Of a stretch of 64,000 bases of DNA, positions 25,830-37,284 are shown in pieces. The stretch's first letter is position 1. Every line of letters begins with the position of its first letter. Source of the stretch: an uncultured Bdellovibrionales bacterium (GTDB taxonomy: Bacteria > Patescibacteriota > Minisyncoccia > Moranbacterales > UBA1568); NCBI GenBank assembly GCA_964530135.1, contig CAZGXN010000003.1, positions 42,942-106,941 on the forward strand. Reading direction: 5' to 3'. The translations under genes and the position numbers were made by a program. The notes under the pieces are model-generated. The model was not told the origin of the DNA and did no database searches. It saw only the letters and a list, made by a program, of their open reading frames with translations.

Positions 25830-26906
25830 ATGCGTGAGCTAGGTCAAAAAAATCATTTGCGGAAATTCGTACTGATGGTTTTGATTGGTGCTATATTGAC
25901 GACGAGCTCGGCTCCATTACCAGTGCAGGCGGGTGTCTGGGGTGAGAGCATCGCGTCTACATTTCTCAAGGAAGCACTGGAATACATCGCAAGAAATATT
26001 CAGGCAGTGCTGCTCGGTATTGCAAAAAAGGTGGCGGTTACATTGGCAAGAGATGCAGCCAATCGACTGACAGCTGGTGGATCGTCCAAAAAGGCAGCCT
26101 TTATAACAGACTATAAACAGTATATTTATGATGCAGCTCTCGATGAAGGGCTCATCTATATGAATGATCTGCTCACCTCGGCGACGGGTGGCAAGAATTC
26201 AGCCCTCAATTATGTTGTCGCGGGTGGCCCGAGCCTCCAATCGTTGGGGATGAACTATATGAATTATCTGAATGCTGAGGTAAATGCAGCCTTTGTCAAT
26301 GATCGCTGTCGTTATACTCTCGATCAGTATACCCGCAATGTTACGGTTTCACTTGGAGAAGGGGACTGGCGCATACTGAACGCGGTCGTATCCAATGATT
26401 GTAATAACCCGCTTGGGATGAGTATCAATATCAAAAATAAAACACAGCAGAAAATCAATGCGCAGCAAGAAATCGCCAAGACAAAAGCCATCGCAAATAA
26501 GGGGTTTAAAGGAGTTGAAATCAATGGAAAAACAGTTTCTCCCGGGTCCATCATCGCTGATGTTACGGGGGCAGCGCAAAAACTTCCTTTTGAACTGATT
26601 GTTGGGTCAAAGGACTTCGCTGAGCTTCTGGCTGCTGCTGCTGGTACTTTTGCTAATACGGCGCTCAATAATCTCTATCAGCGTGGATTTGAACAGGTTT
26701 CACAAAATATCAGCCGCGAATTGGGGAAAGTGGACTCGCAAATCCGGGGTGCTCGGCAGAACTTGCAACAACAGCTTGGTCCCGGGTCGCAATTTCTCCG
26801 TAATGCCAATCAGCAACTGGGTGGTTGGAACGGTGCTTCGACCGCGGGGAAATATACAGGTGTACAGCAATCAAATATAAACTTCAACTCAGCCCCTGCT
26901 CCCTAG
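25830..26906 (+). CDS. Secreted hypothetical protein, starting 4 nt after the previous stop (operon). The track ORF starts at 25695; the ATG at 25830 gives a signal peptide.
   Basis: MRELGQKNHLRKFVLMVLIGAILTTSSAPLPVQAGVWG. It is rich in A/N/Q/G with no recognisable domain. Confidence 0.55.
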   Translation: MRELGQKNHLRKFVLMVLIGAILTTSSAPLPVQAGVWGESIASTFLKEALEYIARNIQAVLLGIAKKVAVTLARDAANRLTAGGSSKKAAFITDYKQYIYDAALDEGLIYMNDLLTSATGGKNSALNYVVAGGPSLQSLGMNYMNYLNAEVNAAFVNDRCRYTLDQYTRNVTVSLGEGDWRILNAVVSNDCNNPLGMSINIKNKTQQKINAQQEIAKTKAIANKGFKGVEINGKTVSPGSIIADVTGAAQKLPFELIVGSKDFAELLAAAAGTFANTALNNLYQRGFEQVSQNISRELGKVDSQIRGARQNLQQQLGPGSQFLRNANQQLGGWNGASTAGKYTGVQQSNINFNSAPAP

Positions 26907-27037
26907 TTGGTAGAAAGGTGTGAAGATTTTCTTTTCTCGCCACACAACTTGTTGTGTGTTTGAGTGATTGTTTGTACTGTAGTTGTTTTGCTCCAGAGGC
27001 CAAGGATCATCTCTGTCGGACCGTCTGAAAATGAGAG

Positions 27038-27111
27038 TGGGCTTGCCCAGATTCGAACTGGGGACCTCTACAATGTCAATGTAGCGCTCTAACCAACTGA
27101 GCTACAAGCCC
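27038..27111 (-). tRNA. tRNA-Val (anticodon GAC).
   Basis: The reverse complement reads GGGCTTG TA GCTC AGTTGGTTA GAGC G CTACA-TTGACAT-TGTAG AGGTC CCCAG-TTCGAAT-CTGGG CAAGCCC A. Confidence 0.85.
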
Positions 27112-27155
27112 GCAAACTTTCGATACTGTAGCACGATTTTTCTCCGGCGCCAATC

Positions 27156-28040
27156 CTAGCTTGGTGTGATGCTAGAGGAGCTCTCACTTGTCTCCAGGGC
27201 CACCTTTTTTGTCAGTGGTTTTTTTGGGGGAGTTGCGACGGCCCGAAAGAAGAAGAGTCGGAGTGTTTGATCAAAAATGAAATAACCACCAAGTGGGATG
27301 AAGGTAAAGAAATAAGCCATTCGGTTGAGGTCGGAAAGAGAGAGCCCTAGGATTTTTTTAGCGGCTTCAAAGAGAAGTCCGAAAAAGAGTGCCAGGAGCG
27401 CGGCATAAAAGAAAAACAGGACAATAGTGAATGTTTGGCGTTGGAACAGACGAAATCCTAGATCAACCGCCGTTGTGAAGCGTACCTTTCCTAAAAGTGC
27501 ATAGAAGAGCGAAAGTTCTTTTATGAAATGGAGATATATTGCAAGAGTGAGCAATAACAACAGTCCAAGTTCAATGAGTACTGGGAGTACAGATGGGTTG
27601 AAGTGCCAAGCCAGAAGACTGGGGAGACAGACGAGGGCGGCAGTCCCGATGAGAAAGAGCCAGTAGGTGAGTTCAAAAGTGATCGCAATATAGATCGCTC
27701 GGATAGCTTTGAGCCAGGTAATGGTTTGGCTGAGGTCATGTTTGATTGTGGGTTTGCGATTGAGGAGTATGAGGAGCGGACCACGAATGATTGATTGGCC
27801 AAATGTGGCCACAAAAACTAGTCCAACAGCTATGAGCCAGGACTGGTTTGTGAAAAGCGAGATCCAGAGTGCGGCATCGGCGGTTTCGGTTGGGAGGGTA
27901 GACTGGAGTTTTTGGCTCGCCAGTGACCCGATGCCGATACAGAGGCTGGCGGGAAATGCGAACCACCACAAAGACCGGCGTTCATATGCGAGACGGAGAG
28001 CGTCTCGGGTGATCATGGCGAGAGAGGCTATCTCAGGCAT
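27156..28040 (-). CDS. Polytopic membrane protein (hypothetical).
   Basis: 294 aa with at least 7 hydrophobic helices and a Ser/Thr/Pro-rich C-terminal tail. Confidence 0.55.
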   Translation of the reverse strand: MPEIASLAMITRDALRLAYERRSLWWFAFPASLCIGIGSLASQKLQSTLPTETADAALWISLFTNQSWLIAVGLVFVATFGQSIIRGPLLILLNRKPTIKHDLSQTITWLKAIRAIYIAITFELTYWLFLIGTAALVCLPSLLAWHFNPSVLPVLIELGLLLLLTLAIYLHFIKELSLFYALLGKVRFTTAVDLGFRLFQRQTFTIVLFFFYAALLALFFGLLFEAAKKILGLSLSDLNRMAYFFTFIPLGGYFIFDQTLRLFFFRAVATPPKKPLTKKVALETSESSSSITPS

Positions 28041-28060
28041 AAATGGTGTAACAAGAGGGT

Positions 28061-29908
28061 CTACAGGGCGGTTGGGGTTTGGATGGATGTGGTAGTTCCT
28101 TTGACAAGCGCATCAAATTCATCTTTTTCGAGCGTTTCTTTCTCGAGCAAGGTCATCGCAATACGGTCGAGAACGGCACGTTTTTCGGTGAGGATTTTTG
28201 TCGCCTGGTCAAATGCTTCTGCAATCAAGCGGGAGACTTCACTATCAATAGAACGCGCTGTTTCTTCGGAGTAATTGCGTTCTTCGTGCATTTCACGACC
28301 GAGGAAGATAAGCTCTTCTTTTTTTCCGAATGTGCGGGCACCGAGGCGACTCATACCGTAGCGAGTAACCATGTTGCGGGCCATCTGGGTGGCGCGTTCG
28401 AGATCATTGGATGGGCCGGTCGTAACATTGCCGAAAATGAGCTTTTCACTCGCGTAGCCTCCAAGGAGGACAGCAAGCTCATCGATGAAGTAGTGGTCGG
28501 TATGGAGGGTTTTGTCTTCGGAGGGGACAGCCATAGTGTAGCCACCCGCATGACCGCGCGAGATGATGGAAACTTTGTGGACGGGATCAGCATTTTCGAG
28601 ACTGGCACCGACGAGCGCATGTCCACCTTCGTGATACGCAACAATTTTCTTTTCATCAACATTGATGATGCGACTTCGTCGTTCTGGTCCGAGAATGACT
28701 TTTTCAATTGATTCTGCGAGTTCCTTCATCCCGATACTCTTCATATCACGCCGTGTCGCGAGGATCGCTCCCTCATTGACCAGGTTGGCGAGATCAGCAC
28801 CGGAGAATCCAGGGGTTCGCTCAGCGATGCGGCGCATCTGAACATCGGTTCCGAGAGGTTTATTCTTTGTGTGAATTTTCAGGATCGCTTCGCGTTCATT
28901 GATATCGGGGAGATCCATCGTTACTCGTCGGTCAAAACGCCCCGGACGAAGTAGTGCTGGATCAAGGACATCGGGCCGATTGGTCGAGGCGATGACGATG
29001 ACGCTTTGATCAGTTTCAAAACCATCCATTTCGACCAGAATTTGATTGAGTGTTTGTTCGCGTTCGTCATGCCCACCGCCCAGTCCAGCTCCGCGGTGCC
29101 GACCGACGGCATCAATCTCATCGATAAAGACGATCGCTGGAGCATTCTTTTTGGCCTGCTTGAAAAGATCACGGACGCGGGAAGCACCGACCCCGACAAA
29201 CATCTCAACAAATTCCGAACCACTGATATTGAAAAAAGGGACACCTGCTTCGCCCGCGACAGCTTTGGCCATAAGAGTCTTGCCTGTTCCTGGGGGGCCG
29301 AGGAGAAGGACGCCTTTTGGTATTTTGGCACCCATCGCGAGAAATTTCTTTGGCATCCGAAGGAATTCAACCACCTCCATGAGCTCTTGCTTTGCTTCGA
29401 TCGCTCCTGCGACATCCTTGAACATGATACGCTTCTTTTTATCTTTGGGATCTACGACTCGTGCGCGGCTCATGCCGAAATTGAGTGCTTGAGCATTGCC
29501 TCGCTGCGCTTGGCGCATCATGAACCAGATAAAGGCTGAAATGAGAATGAAGGGGAGAATAAAAGGTAAGAGCGTAAGCACCCAGTATCCGAAACCGGTA
29601 TCCTCTCGAACAGTAACCGAAACTGATTTGAACTGTGCCTGGTCGATTTGATAATTTGCGAGTGTCTCAGTGAGTGAACTTTCGGATTCTTTACTTGCTT
29701 TTTCCTTGGAACCGTCCTGTTTCACGATTTCAAGCGTATTGCCAGTGACGATAATCTCTTTGATTTCACCATTATTAATCTGAGTTACGAGCTCCGAGAG
29801 GGAGATATCGGAGGACCGCTTTTCGGGTGATGAGTAGAGAATCATGATGCCCGAGAGCATGAGAAACAAAAACACAACGAGCCCAATATTTTTCAGCAAC
29901 TTGTCCAT
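28061..29908 (-). CDS. ftsH: ATP-dependent zinc metalloprotease FtsH.
   Basis: 615 aa. Two N-terminal TM helices. AAA+ Walker [12 protein letters not shown] region. Zinc motif HEGGHA. Confidence 0.9.
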   Translation of the reverse strand: MDKLLKNIGLVVFLFLMLSGIMILYSSPEKRSSDISLSELVTQINNGEIKEIIVTGNTLEIVKQDGSKEKASKESESSLTETLANYQIDQAQFKSVSVTVREDTGFGYWVLTLLPFILPFILISAFIWFMMRQAQRGNAQALNFGMSRARVVDPKDKKKRIMFKDVAGAIEAKQELMEVVEFLRMPKKFLAMGAKIPKGVLLLGPPGTGKTLMAKAVAGEAGVPFFNISGSEFVEMFVGVGASRVRDLFKQAKKNAPAIVFIDEIDAVGRHRGAGLGGGHDEREQTLNQILVEMDGFETDQSVIVIASTNRPDVLDPALLRPGRFDRRVTMDLPDINEREAILKIHTKNKPLGTDVQMRRIAERTPGFSGADLANLVNEGAILATRRDMKSIGMKELAESIEKVILGPERRSRIINVDEKKIVAYHEGGHALVGASLENADPVHKVSIISRGHAGGYTMAVPSEDKTLHTDHYFIDELAVLLGGYASEKLIFGNVTTGPSNDLERATQMARNMVTRYGMSRLGARTFGKKEELIFLGREMHEERNYSEETARSIDSEVSRLIAEAFDQATKILTEKRAVLDRIAMTLLEKETLEKDEFDALVKGTTTSIQTPTAL

Positions 29909-29981
29909 AGTGATTGAGGGTGAAAAAGGAGCATGAGTTAATTGAAAGTAGTCTCTACCTTATCATGAAAACAGGCAAGGC

Positions 29982-30710
29982 TCAAGTATCCACTTCGGGC
30001 TGGGAAGAGTGTTTTTTGGTGTTCCCCAGGCGACGAGCGGTTTCGGCCAATGTCTCAATAATGGACGGATTGAATGTCTGAAGAAGAGGGAGGAGGTCGT
30101 GTCGGATACGATTTCTCGTGAAGCGTCTCGAATTGTTGCTTCGATCGATACGGAAAACAATATTTTCTTGTTTCAGAAACTCAAGAATCTCATCTTTGCA
30201 GATATTGATGAGGGGACGAACGAGATGGGCGGGAGACCGCTGAAAAGGAGTAAGCCCCGCTTGTCCAGAACCGCGGATAAGATTCAGGAGAAATGTTTCA
30301 GCCACATCGTTGAGAGTGTGGGCGGTAACGACATAATCGAAACCATGTTGTTTCCGTAGGCGCTCGAAGAATCGGTAGCGGATGATGCGTAAGCGTTCCT
30401 CGATATTGTTTTTTGGCCGCTCTTTTGGATACAGCACAGAAATCGGAACAGACCATTCTGTGCAGAGCTTTCGGACCAATGCCTCGTCTCGGTCTGAATC
30501 GCGGCCGCGGAGTTGATAGTTTACATGCGCAACAGAGAGAGTGAACCCATGCTTCTCACGGAGTCGTGCGAGGAGTGCGAGGAGTGCGATACTATCCGGA
30601 CCACCCGAGACGGCGATGATGATCTTTGAACCGCGCGGGAGAAGGCGGTGCTTGGCGATGATGTTTTGAAAACGACGAACAAAAACAAGTCCGCTATGTG
30701 TTTCGCTCAA
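29982..30710 (-). CDS. tilS: tRNA(Ile)-lysidine synthetase. The track ORF runs to 31004 and overlaps gmk; the true start is probably near 30700.
   Basis: PP-loop SGGPDS within IIAVSGGPDSIALLALL. It is followed by ftsH, the conserved tilS-ftsH neighbourhood. Confidence 0.7.
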   Translation of the reverse strand: MSETHSGLVFVRRFQNIIAKHRLLPRGSKIIIAVSGGPDSIALLALLARLREKHGFTLSVAHVNYQLRGRDSDRDEALVRKLCTEWSVPISVLYPKERPKNNIEERLRIIRYRFFERLRKQHGFDYVVTAHTLNDVAETFLLNLIRGSGQAGLTPFQRSPAHLVRPLINICKDEILEFLKQENIVFRIDRSNNSRRFTRNRIRHDLLPLLQTFNPSIIETLAETARRLGNTKKHSSQPEVDT

Positions 30711-30714
30711 ACGG

Positions 30715-31278
30715 CTACTTTTCGAGGTGGGACTCGATGATTTTTTTGACGCGCTCAATCGTCTGATCGAGCTTGTTTTCTTCATTTTCGACTTGATAGT
30801 CATAGATATCGAGATGTTTGAGCCATTCACGGGTGTAGTCCATTCGATCTTGAAAATACGATTCTTCTTTTCCAGCATCGCGTGTCCGTAGTCGGGCCTC
30901 AAGGATTTCGAGTGGGGCTGAAATATAAATGGCGGGTATGTTTGGGTAGAGTTTCTTGATAGCAAGAACACCTTTCCAATCGACACGCCATATCGCGATA
31001 CCACCCTTTTCAGTGATGCGTTTGAGTTCAGTATGGGTTACACCATAGTATCCGCCGTTCTCGTTGATAGAGTGTTCGGCGAATTCATTATTTGCGACGC
31101 GTCGTTTGAATTCCTCAGGCGAAATAAAGTAGTAAGGATTTCCCTCAACTTCCCCTGAGCGTTTTGCTCGTGTAGTGGTTGTAATGATGCGCTCTACTCG
31201 AAGCCGCGACTGAAGCCCATCAATGACGGAATCTTTTCCTGATCCAGCAGCACCGGAAATGATGAAAACATTTTTCAT
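30715..31278 (-). CDS. gmk: Guanylate kinase-like P-loop NMP kinase.
   Basis: 187 aa. P-loop IISGAAGSGKDS. The TTTTRAKRSGEVEGNPYYFIS region matches the GMP-binding region. Confidence 0.7.
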   Translation of the reverse strand: MKNVFIISGAAGSGKDSVIDGLQSRLRVERIITTTTRAKRSGEVEGNPYYFISPEEFKRRVANNEFAEHSINENGGYYGVTHTELKRITEKGGIAIWRVDWKGVLAIKKLYPNIPAIYISAPLEILEARLRTRDAGKEESYFQDRMDYTREWLKHLDIYDYQVENEENKLDQTIERVKKIIESHLEK

Positions 31279-31335
31279 GGTCGTCGGGGTTGATATTTAC
31301 GAAAGCGCCCCTCACACGAGGGGCGCGGTGGCACA

Positions 31336-32469
31336 TTACTTCTTCACAGGGAGGAGTCCGAGACGGTGTGTTCGTGGTTCGATGGAGAGGATCTTCCAGG
31401 TGTACGGTTTTCCAATCTCAAAGACTTCTTCCATTTTTCGGCCCGGGTAAATATCGGAGAATTCCGAAACATGTGCGAGGCCATGGATGTCTTTATCGAG
31501 ATAGACGAAGGCACCGAAATGATTCATTTTATCGACGGTTCCCGTAACTTCATCGCCGACTTTGTAGCGTTCCGCAACATTTTCCCATGGATCAGCCTTT
31601 AAGGCCTTCATAGAAAGCGAAATACGGTTATCATCAATGCCGATGATTTTCGCAGCGACGACATCACCGGTCTTTATAATCTCTCGCGGATCGTCGATGA
31701 GCTGCCACGCTAATTCGGAAATATGAACGAGTCCCTCGAGCCGCTTGTCAGCATGTTCGCCTGGCAGAGAAAACTTTACAAAAGCACCGAAATCAACAAC
31801 GCCAGAAATAGTCCCCTCGATGGTATCACCGACATGGAGAAGGTTGAGAAATGCCTTCTCTTTTTCACTCTGGGCGGCCTTCTCGGAAACAATAAGTTTC
31901 TCACTCTCTCGATCAGCATCCAAAATCCGGACGGAAAGCGTTTCACCGACGAGTTTCTTCAAGAGGTCAAGAATTTTGTTTTTGTCACCGTCCTCAACCC
32001 GGGGATAGTGTTCACTCGCGAGCTGGGAGACGGGGAGAAAGCCAGGGATGCCGTTTACCTCAATCATGAGTCCACCTTTATTCGCATCGCTTACTTTCGT
32101 TTCAACTACCTCTTTCTTGAGGAGCTTCGTTTCGATGTCCTCCCAACTTTTGTCATAGGAGGCCTCACGGATGGAGAGCTCGATCATACCATCCTCGTTT
32201 TCGAAATCCATGAGTGTCGCCTGGACAGTGTCGCCGAGGCGCAGCTTCACGCCGCCACCGAGGCCATCCCGCATCTCTTTACCGAGAACGATGCCAGTGC
32301 CAAGAGGACCGAGATCGACCAGAGCCGAGCTGGATCCAACGTGGATGACGGTCCCGGGGACGACCTCGCCGATATCCGGTATTGGGGCAGAGTGAGCTTC
32401 GTAGAGCTGTTCAAGCTCCGACATATTACTTTTCAACTTCAGATCGGTCATGTTACTGGCCATGGTCAT
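31336..32469 (-). CDS. rpsA: Ribosomal protein S1 (four S1 domains). The track ORF runs to 32538; the internal start MTMASN is likelier.
   Basis: S1-domain repeats are GDTVQATLMDFENEDGMIELSIRE, GETLSVRILDADRESEKLIVSEK, GDTIEGTISGVVDFGAFVKF and GDVVAAKIIGIDDNRISLSMK. Confidence 0.85.
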   Translation of the reverse strand: MTMASNMTDLKLKSNMSELEQLYEAHSAPIPDIGEVVPGTVIHVGSSSALVDLGPLGTGIVLGKEMRDGLGGGVKLRLGDTVQATLMDFENEDGMIELSIREASYDKSWEDIETKLLKKEVVETKVSDANKGGLMIEVNGIPGFLPVSQLASEHYPRVEDGDKNKILDLLKKLVGETLSVRILDADRESEKLIVSEKAAQSEKEKAFLNLLHVGDTIEGTISGVVDFGAFVKFSLPGEHADKRLEGLVHISELAWQLIDDPREIIKTGDVVAAKIIGIDDNRISLSMKALKADPWENVAERYKVGDEVTGTVDKMNHFGAFVYLDKDIHGLAHVSEFSDIYPGRKMEEVFEIGKPYTWKILSIEPRTHRLGLLPVKK

Positions 32470-32856
32470 AAGGTGTATTGTGATTCGGAGAGGGGAAAGC
32501 TCCGGATAAAAAATTAAAACCCCGCGGGAGGGGTGCAAAAACGGCCAAAAGAGAAGGAAAACAGAGAAAACTACTTCTCAATCAGGATTCAAGCATCCCG
32601 TATTCAATTGTGTTACCAGAAATTAAGGTGCTACCAGTCTAACAGGGAAGGAGAAAAGAATCAAGCTTGCTACCGGCCTCTCGGACGAGATGAGTCTGCT
32701 GACAGGATCAAGTCAGATTTGGGAGAAATGTAATGTATGAAACACCAAGTATACAGGCATCAGTCAAGGGGAGAAAAGGCTAAAATGAGGCTTGTCGGAG
32801 GGGTGATTTCTTGCTAAGATAGCTGTATTCAAGGGTTATAAAGACTGATTTTTGCT

Positions 32857-33516
32857 ATGAATATCCAGTATTACGGCGACTATTGCTTCAAAATCACAAC
32901 GAAACCCAATGGCCGGGCGACCGAAGATGTGGTGATTGTAACCGATATACCCGAAAAAGGACTCGGTTTGCGGGCGCCTCAGGGCGAAGCGGATCTCATA
33001 TTACTTTCGCATCAGTTGCCTACGGCTGACGAGCTCACAGCGGTTAAGGGGTCACCGGTAAAAATCTTTGCGCCCGGGGAGTATTCAGCCAAGGGGGTTG
33101 CGGTGCTTGGCTTTCCAAGCTTGCGGGCCGTAAAAAAAGGTGTTGGACAGGGATTAAATACGATATTTCTTTTCGAAACTGAAGAAATGAAGCTGTGTTT
33201 TCTCGGGAGTTTGGGTGATGAACCGGCAGCGGATGTGATTGAGCAGCTCTCGGGTATTGATGTACTCTTTGTGCCGGTCGGTGGAGTGGATACTTTACCT
33301 GTGGATGCTCTCGATGAGTTGATTCGGAAAATTGAACCAAAGACGGTTATCCCAATGCACTATAAAATTTCTGGGATGATGACAGATTGGCCAGATGAAA
33401 AACCCTTTTGTAAATTGATGGGGAATTGTCCGAATGAGGCAATCGTTAAGTGGAATGTGAAGAAAAAGGATTTGGAAGGGAAAAATGCTGAGGTGGTTCT
33501 CTTTGCCAAGAATTAA
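32857..33516 (+). CDS. MBL-fold metallo-hydrolase.
   Basis: 219 aa. MNIQYYGDYCFKITT...ADLILLSHQ carries the beta-lactamase-fold metal-binding pattern. Confidence 0.7.
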   Translation: MNIQYYGDYCFKITTKPNGRATEDVVIVTDIPEKGLGLRAPQGEADLILLSHQLPTADELTAVKGSPVKIFAPGEYSAKGVAVLGFPSLRAVKKGVGQGLNTIFLFETEEMKLCFLGSLGDEPAADVIEQLSGIDVLFVPVGGVDTLPVDALDELIRKIEPKTVIPMHYKISGMMTDWPDEKPFCKLMGNCPNEAIVKWNVKKKDLEGKNAEVVLFAKN

Positions 33517-33529
33517 GCGGTTGTAGAAT

Positions 33530-33913
33530 ATGCGTTGGAATTTTCAAAACTGGATTGAGGAAGTCAAGGCGAAGCCAGAGCATATCCGGCATCGTTATGT
33601 GATCGGGTGTGTTGCTGCATCGATGTTTTTCGTTATCATCGTGTGGTCATTGACGGTGAGTGAAAACTTCAAAAAGGCAATAACTCAAACGGCTGAAAAC
33701 AACCCAAACGGTATTTTGCCAAAGCCCTCGGACTTCTCGCTGGATGAGATGCTTTCGGGAGAACAGCCTCTCGATGCGTCGAAACCGAAATCGGGTGAAG
33801 AGTTTCTCCGCGAACAGGTAGAGAATCGTGCGCGTATCAGTCCGGATGAGTCAGGTGTAGCGCCGAAATCAGATGAGCCTGCTACCGAAGATGAGACACT
33901 TATCCCTCGCTAA
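33530..33913 (+). CDS. Small single-TM membrane protein (hypothetical).
   Basis: 127 aa. The TM helix is [20 protein letters not shown], with an acidic C-terminal tail. Confidence 0.4.
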   Translation: MRWNFQNWIEEVKAKPEHIRHRYVIGCVAASMFFVIIVWSLTVSENFKKAITQTAENNPNGILPKPSDFSLDEMLSGEQPLDASKPKSGEEFLREQVENRARISPDESGVAPKSDEPATEDETLIPR

Positions 33914-33920
33914 AAAGCAT

Positions 33921-36371
33921 ATGTCAGAAAAAAACAGTTTTCATTCTGGACGCATTGAGGCTCGGAGCATCACAGATGAAGTGAAGCAATCCTACCTTGA
34001 CTATGCGATGTCAGTGATCGTTGGACGGGCATTGCCGGATGTACGGGATGGTTTGAAACCAGTTCATCGCCGTATCCTTTATTCGATGTGGTCAACGGGT
34101 CTGCGTTCGACAGCAAAGTTTCGAAAATCGGCGACGGTGGTCGGTGAAGTACTCGGAAAGTATCATCCGCATGGTGACACAGCCGTGTATGACACCATGG
34201 TGCGTATGGCACAGGACTTTTCATTGCGCTACCCACTCATTTGGGGCCAAGGAAACTTTGGATCGATGGATGGTGATCGAGCAGCAGCGTACCGATACAC
34301 GGAAGCAAAGTTGAAGGCGATTGCGGAGGAGATGCTGGTTGATATCGAGAAGGATACGGTGGATTTTATCCCGAACTTTGATGGTGTTCACGAAGAGCCA
34401 GTGGTGCTGCCGGCGAAACTCCCTCAGTTGCTTCTGAATGGAACCGTTGGAATCGCGGTGGGTATGGCATCAAATATCGCGCCGCACAATTTGAACGAGC
34501 TCGTTGATGCCATTTGCTATCAGATCGATAATCCAGAGTGTGATATTGATGATTTGATGCAATTCATCAAGGGACCGGACTTTCCGACGGGCGGTATTAT
34601 TTACAATGCAAAAGAGATTCGGGAGACATACGTTACGGGTCGGGGGCCAATCACAGCTCGTGCGGTAACAGAAATCGTTGAGAATAAAGCCGGTACATTT
34701 CAGATCATCGTGTCTGAAATGACTTATGCAACCAACAAAGCAACACTCATCGAGAAAATCGCCGATCTTGTAAAAGAAGACAAGATTCAAGGCATCCGAG
34801 ATTTGCGCGATGAGTCTGATAAAGACGGTGTCCGGATTGTTATTGATTTGAAAAAAGATGCCTTTCCACAGAAAGTCCTGAACAAGCTGTACGCACTCAC
34901 TGATCTCCAGAAAAATTTCAATGTGAACATGTTGGCTCTGGTTGATGGTGTCGATCCACAGATTCTCAATCTGAAGTCCATCCTCGAACACTATATCGTC
35001 CATCGTGAGCGCGTCGTTACGCGCCGGAGTGAATACGAACTGCAAAAGGCGAAGGATCGCGCCCATATTCTTGAAGGTCTGAAAATTGCGCTCGATCATA
35101 TCGATGAGGTTATCAAGGTCATCAAGCAGTCGCCGACGAAGGAAGTAGCACATACAAATCTGATGAAGAAGTTTGCGTTGTCCGAAAAACAGTCGGCAGC
35201 GATTCTCGAAATGCGTTTACAGACTTTGGCTGGACTGGAGCGGAAAAAAATAGAGGACGAACTGGCGGAAAAGCTGAAGTTGATCGCTTTCCTTGAAGAC
35301 CTGCTCAAGCACAAGAAAAAAATTCTCGCGCTTGTGAAGACAGAGTTACTCGAAGTCCGAGAAAAGTTTGGTGATGAACGACGGACAAAAGTGATGAAGA
35401 ACGGCATCGGTGAATTTCGGCAGGAAGATCTGATTCCGAACGAAGAGGCCATTGTAACCCTGACGGATGATGGATATATCAAACGGATGAACCCGACTGT
35501 GTATCGTGTTCAGAAGCGCGGCGGCAAGGGGGTAATCGGTGCAACAACCAAAGAAGAGGATAAAATTGCCAAGGTGCTCGCGATCGAGATGCATGACAAT
35601 CTCATGTTTTTCACCAACACGGGCAAAGTCTTTCAGACAAAAGCCTATGAAATCCCAGAGTCCTCTCGGACCGCAAAGGGCCAAGCTATTGTAAACTTTC
35701 TTCAGCTTTCAAATGAGGAACGGATTACCGCGATGATTGCTCTCGGAAAGAATGATATCTCGAAGTTTCTCTTTATGACGACGACTGATGGAACGGTCAA
35801 AAAATCAAAGATCGAGGAATTTGCAAATGTTCGTCGTTCGGGTCTCATCGCGATTAGTCTCGAAAAAGGCGATACGCTGAATTGGGTTGCGCCGACCACC
35901 GGCACTGATGAAGTGATCATTACGACTGAGAACGGGCAGGCCATCCGTTTCAAAGAAGGCGATGTGCGCGCGATGGGACGCAATGCGGCTGGTGTCCGTG
36001 GTATCAAACTCCGCACACAGGATCATGTTGTCGGGATGGATGTCGTTGAAAGGGGGAGTCATGATCGTGAATTACTCATTCTCTCGGAAAATGGGTATGG
36101 CAAGCGGAGTGATTTGAAACACTACAAGATCCAAAAGCGTGGCGGTTCGGGTATCAAAACTATGAATGTAACCGCGAAGACGGGGAAGCTCGTCGGCGCC
36201 CATATCACGAGCACGGCTGATCAGGAATTCGATATGCTTGTTACTTCGGAAAAAGGGATTATTATCCGCGTACCATTCAAGTCAGTACCATTGCTCTCGC
36301 GGGTAACACAGGGGGTGCGCGTTATGCGTCCACAAGCGGGAGATCGGGTCGGCGCATTTACTCTCCTCTAA
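33921..36371 (+). CDS. gyrA: DNA gyrase subunit A. The track ORF starts at 33873; MSEKNS at 33921 is the likely start.
   Basis: [30 protein letters not shown]. The active-site Tyr is in [11 protein letters not shown]. The C-terminal beta-pinwheel repeats are present. Confidence 0.9.
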   Translation: MSEKNSFHSGRIEARSITDEVKQSYLDYAMSVIVGRALPDVRDGLKPVHRRILYSMWSTGLRSTAKFRKSATVVGEVLGKYHPHGDTAVYDTMVRMAQDFSLRYPLIWGQGNFGSMDGDRAAAYRYTEAKLKAIAEEMLVDIEKDTVDFIPNFDGVHEEPVVLPAKLPQLLLNGTVGIAVGMASNIAPHNLNELVDAICYQIDNPECDIDDLMQFIKGPDFPTGGIIYNAKEIRETYVTGRGPITARAVTEIVENKAGTFQIIVSEMTYATNKATLIEKIADLVKEDKIQGIRDLRDESDKDGVRIVIDLKKDAFPQKVLNKLYALTDLQKNFNVNMLALVDGVDPQILNLKSILEHYIVHRERVVTRRSEYELQKAKDRAHILEGLKIALDHIDEVIKVIKQSPTKEVAHTNLMKKFALSEKQSAAILEMRLQTLAGLERKKIEDELAEKLKLIAFLEDLLKHKKKILALVKTELLEVREKFGDERRTKVMKNGIGEFRQEDLIPNEEAIVTLTDDGYIKRMNPTVYRVQKRGGKGVIGATTKEEDKIAKVLAIEMHDNLMFFTNTGKVFQTKAYEIPESSRTAKGQAIVNFLQLSNEERITAMIALGKNDISKFLFMTTTDGTVKKSKIEEFANVRRSGLIAISLEKGDTLNWVAPTTGTDEVIITTENGQAIRFKEGDVRAMGRNAAGVRGIKLRTQDHVVGMDVVERGSHDRELLILSENGYGKRSDLKHYKIQKRGGSGIKTMNVTAKTGKLVGAHITSTADQEFDMLVTSEKGIIIRVPFKSVPLLSRVTQGVRVMRPQAGDRVGAFTLL

Positions 36372-36398
36372 ACCAGGAGGTCTTCAAAAAAGAAAGAA

Positions 36399-36425
36399 GC
36401 CCCGATCGCTGGTTCGCGTCGGGGC
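36399..36425. terminator. Bidirectional terminator hairpin between gyrA (plus) and the 36466..36852 gene (minus).
   Basis: GCCCCGATCGC-TGGTTC-GCGTCGGGGC followed by TTTGCTTTCT. Confidence 0.55.
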
Positions 36426-36465
36426 TTTGCTTTCTCGACCGGTGGGGCATGTCGGACGGCTGGGT

Positions 36466-36852
36466 TCAGCCGATGTGGAAGAGGATGTGGCCGGTGTCCT
36501 TGGGAAATTCGACCCGGAACGGTTCACGTCGACCGCTTTGCGTGACATGACCGTCGAGACCATTTTCGCGAGTGAACTTCACCAGCGCCTCCGCCACCAG
36601 CGTGACTGGCGTGGCGCCAGGACCGGAGTTGAGTGCGAGACTCAGCGTGATACCACGGTCGTCGTGATAGGCAGTTTCAATGGCTTGTCGCATCGCCTGA
36701 GCGAGCGGGGAGTCGGAAATCTGGATGACGGTTTTCGGCATATTGCCTCCTGAAAAGTACAGAAAGGGGGGGAATCCTTTGTCCCAAAGTATATGGGACG
36801 CCTCATTAAAACAGGCCGAAAGGAGATTGTCAAAATGTCTGAGACTTGCCAT
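36466..36852 (-). CDS. Hypothetical small protein. Its likely start is the internal MPKTVIQ, which would make it about 93 aa.
   Basis: MPKTVIQISDSPLAQAMRQAIETAYHDDRGITLSLALNSGPGATPVTLVAEALVKF... No family was recognised. Confidence 0.35.
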   Translation of the reverse strand: MASLRHFDNLLSACFNEASHILWDKGFPPFLYFSGGNMPKTVIQISDSPLAQAMRQAIETAYHDDRGITLSLALNSGPGATPVTLVAEALVKFTRENGLDGHVTQSGRREPFRVEFPKDTGHILFHIG

Positions 36853-36951
36853 GAGGGAGAAAGCGTGTTATGCTTGGAAAGTAATTTTTATACATCGAGC
36901 GTGCATTGGTCGGTCAAGGGACAGACGAATTCACCGCTGACAGAAGGTTTT

Positions 36952-37215
36952 ATGGCGCTCTCGCACAAGCAGAAGGAAAAGGTAACCGGAGAAGTCAAGC
37001 GACATGCTTCGGACACCGGTTCTCCTGAGTATCAAATCGCACTCTTTACAGAGCAGATCAAGCGACTCACGACTCACCTGAAGAAGAATAAGAAGGACTT
37101 TCATTCCCGCCGCGGTCTCCTGAAAATGGTCGCCAAGCGCAAGAAGCTCCTCGCCTATCTCGAGAAAGTGAATGAGAAGGCTCAGAAGGCTCTCGTGAAA
37201 AAACTTGGACTGTAA
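36952..37215 (+). CDS. rpsO: Ribosomal protein S15. The track ORF starts at 36793; the true start is MALSHK.
   Basis: MALSHKQKEKVTGEVKRHASDTGSPEYQIALFTEQIKRLTTHLKKNKKDFHSRRGLLKMVAKRKKLLAYL is the canonical S15. It lies upstream of pnp. Confidence 0.85.
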   Translation: MALSHKQKEKVTGEVKRHASDTGSPEYQIALFTEQIKRLTTHLKKNKKDFHSRRGLLKMVAKRKKLLAYLEKVNEKAQKALVKKLGL

Positions 37216-37284
37216 GTATTTCCGCCACATAAGTGGCGGTTTCCGTTCAGGTTCAGAATCTTTTAAACTAGTGAAATATTTTTT

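Noticed and set aside
28079-29539. Plus-strand ORFs of 148-210 aa inside ftsH.
   Set aside because: They are antisense to a high-confidence FtsH gene. This is a shadow-ORF pattern.
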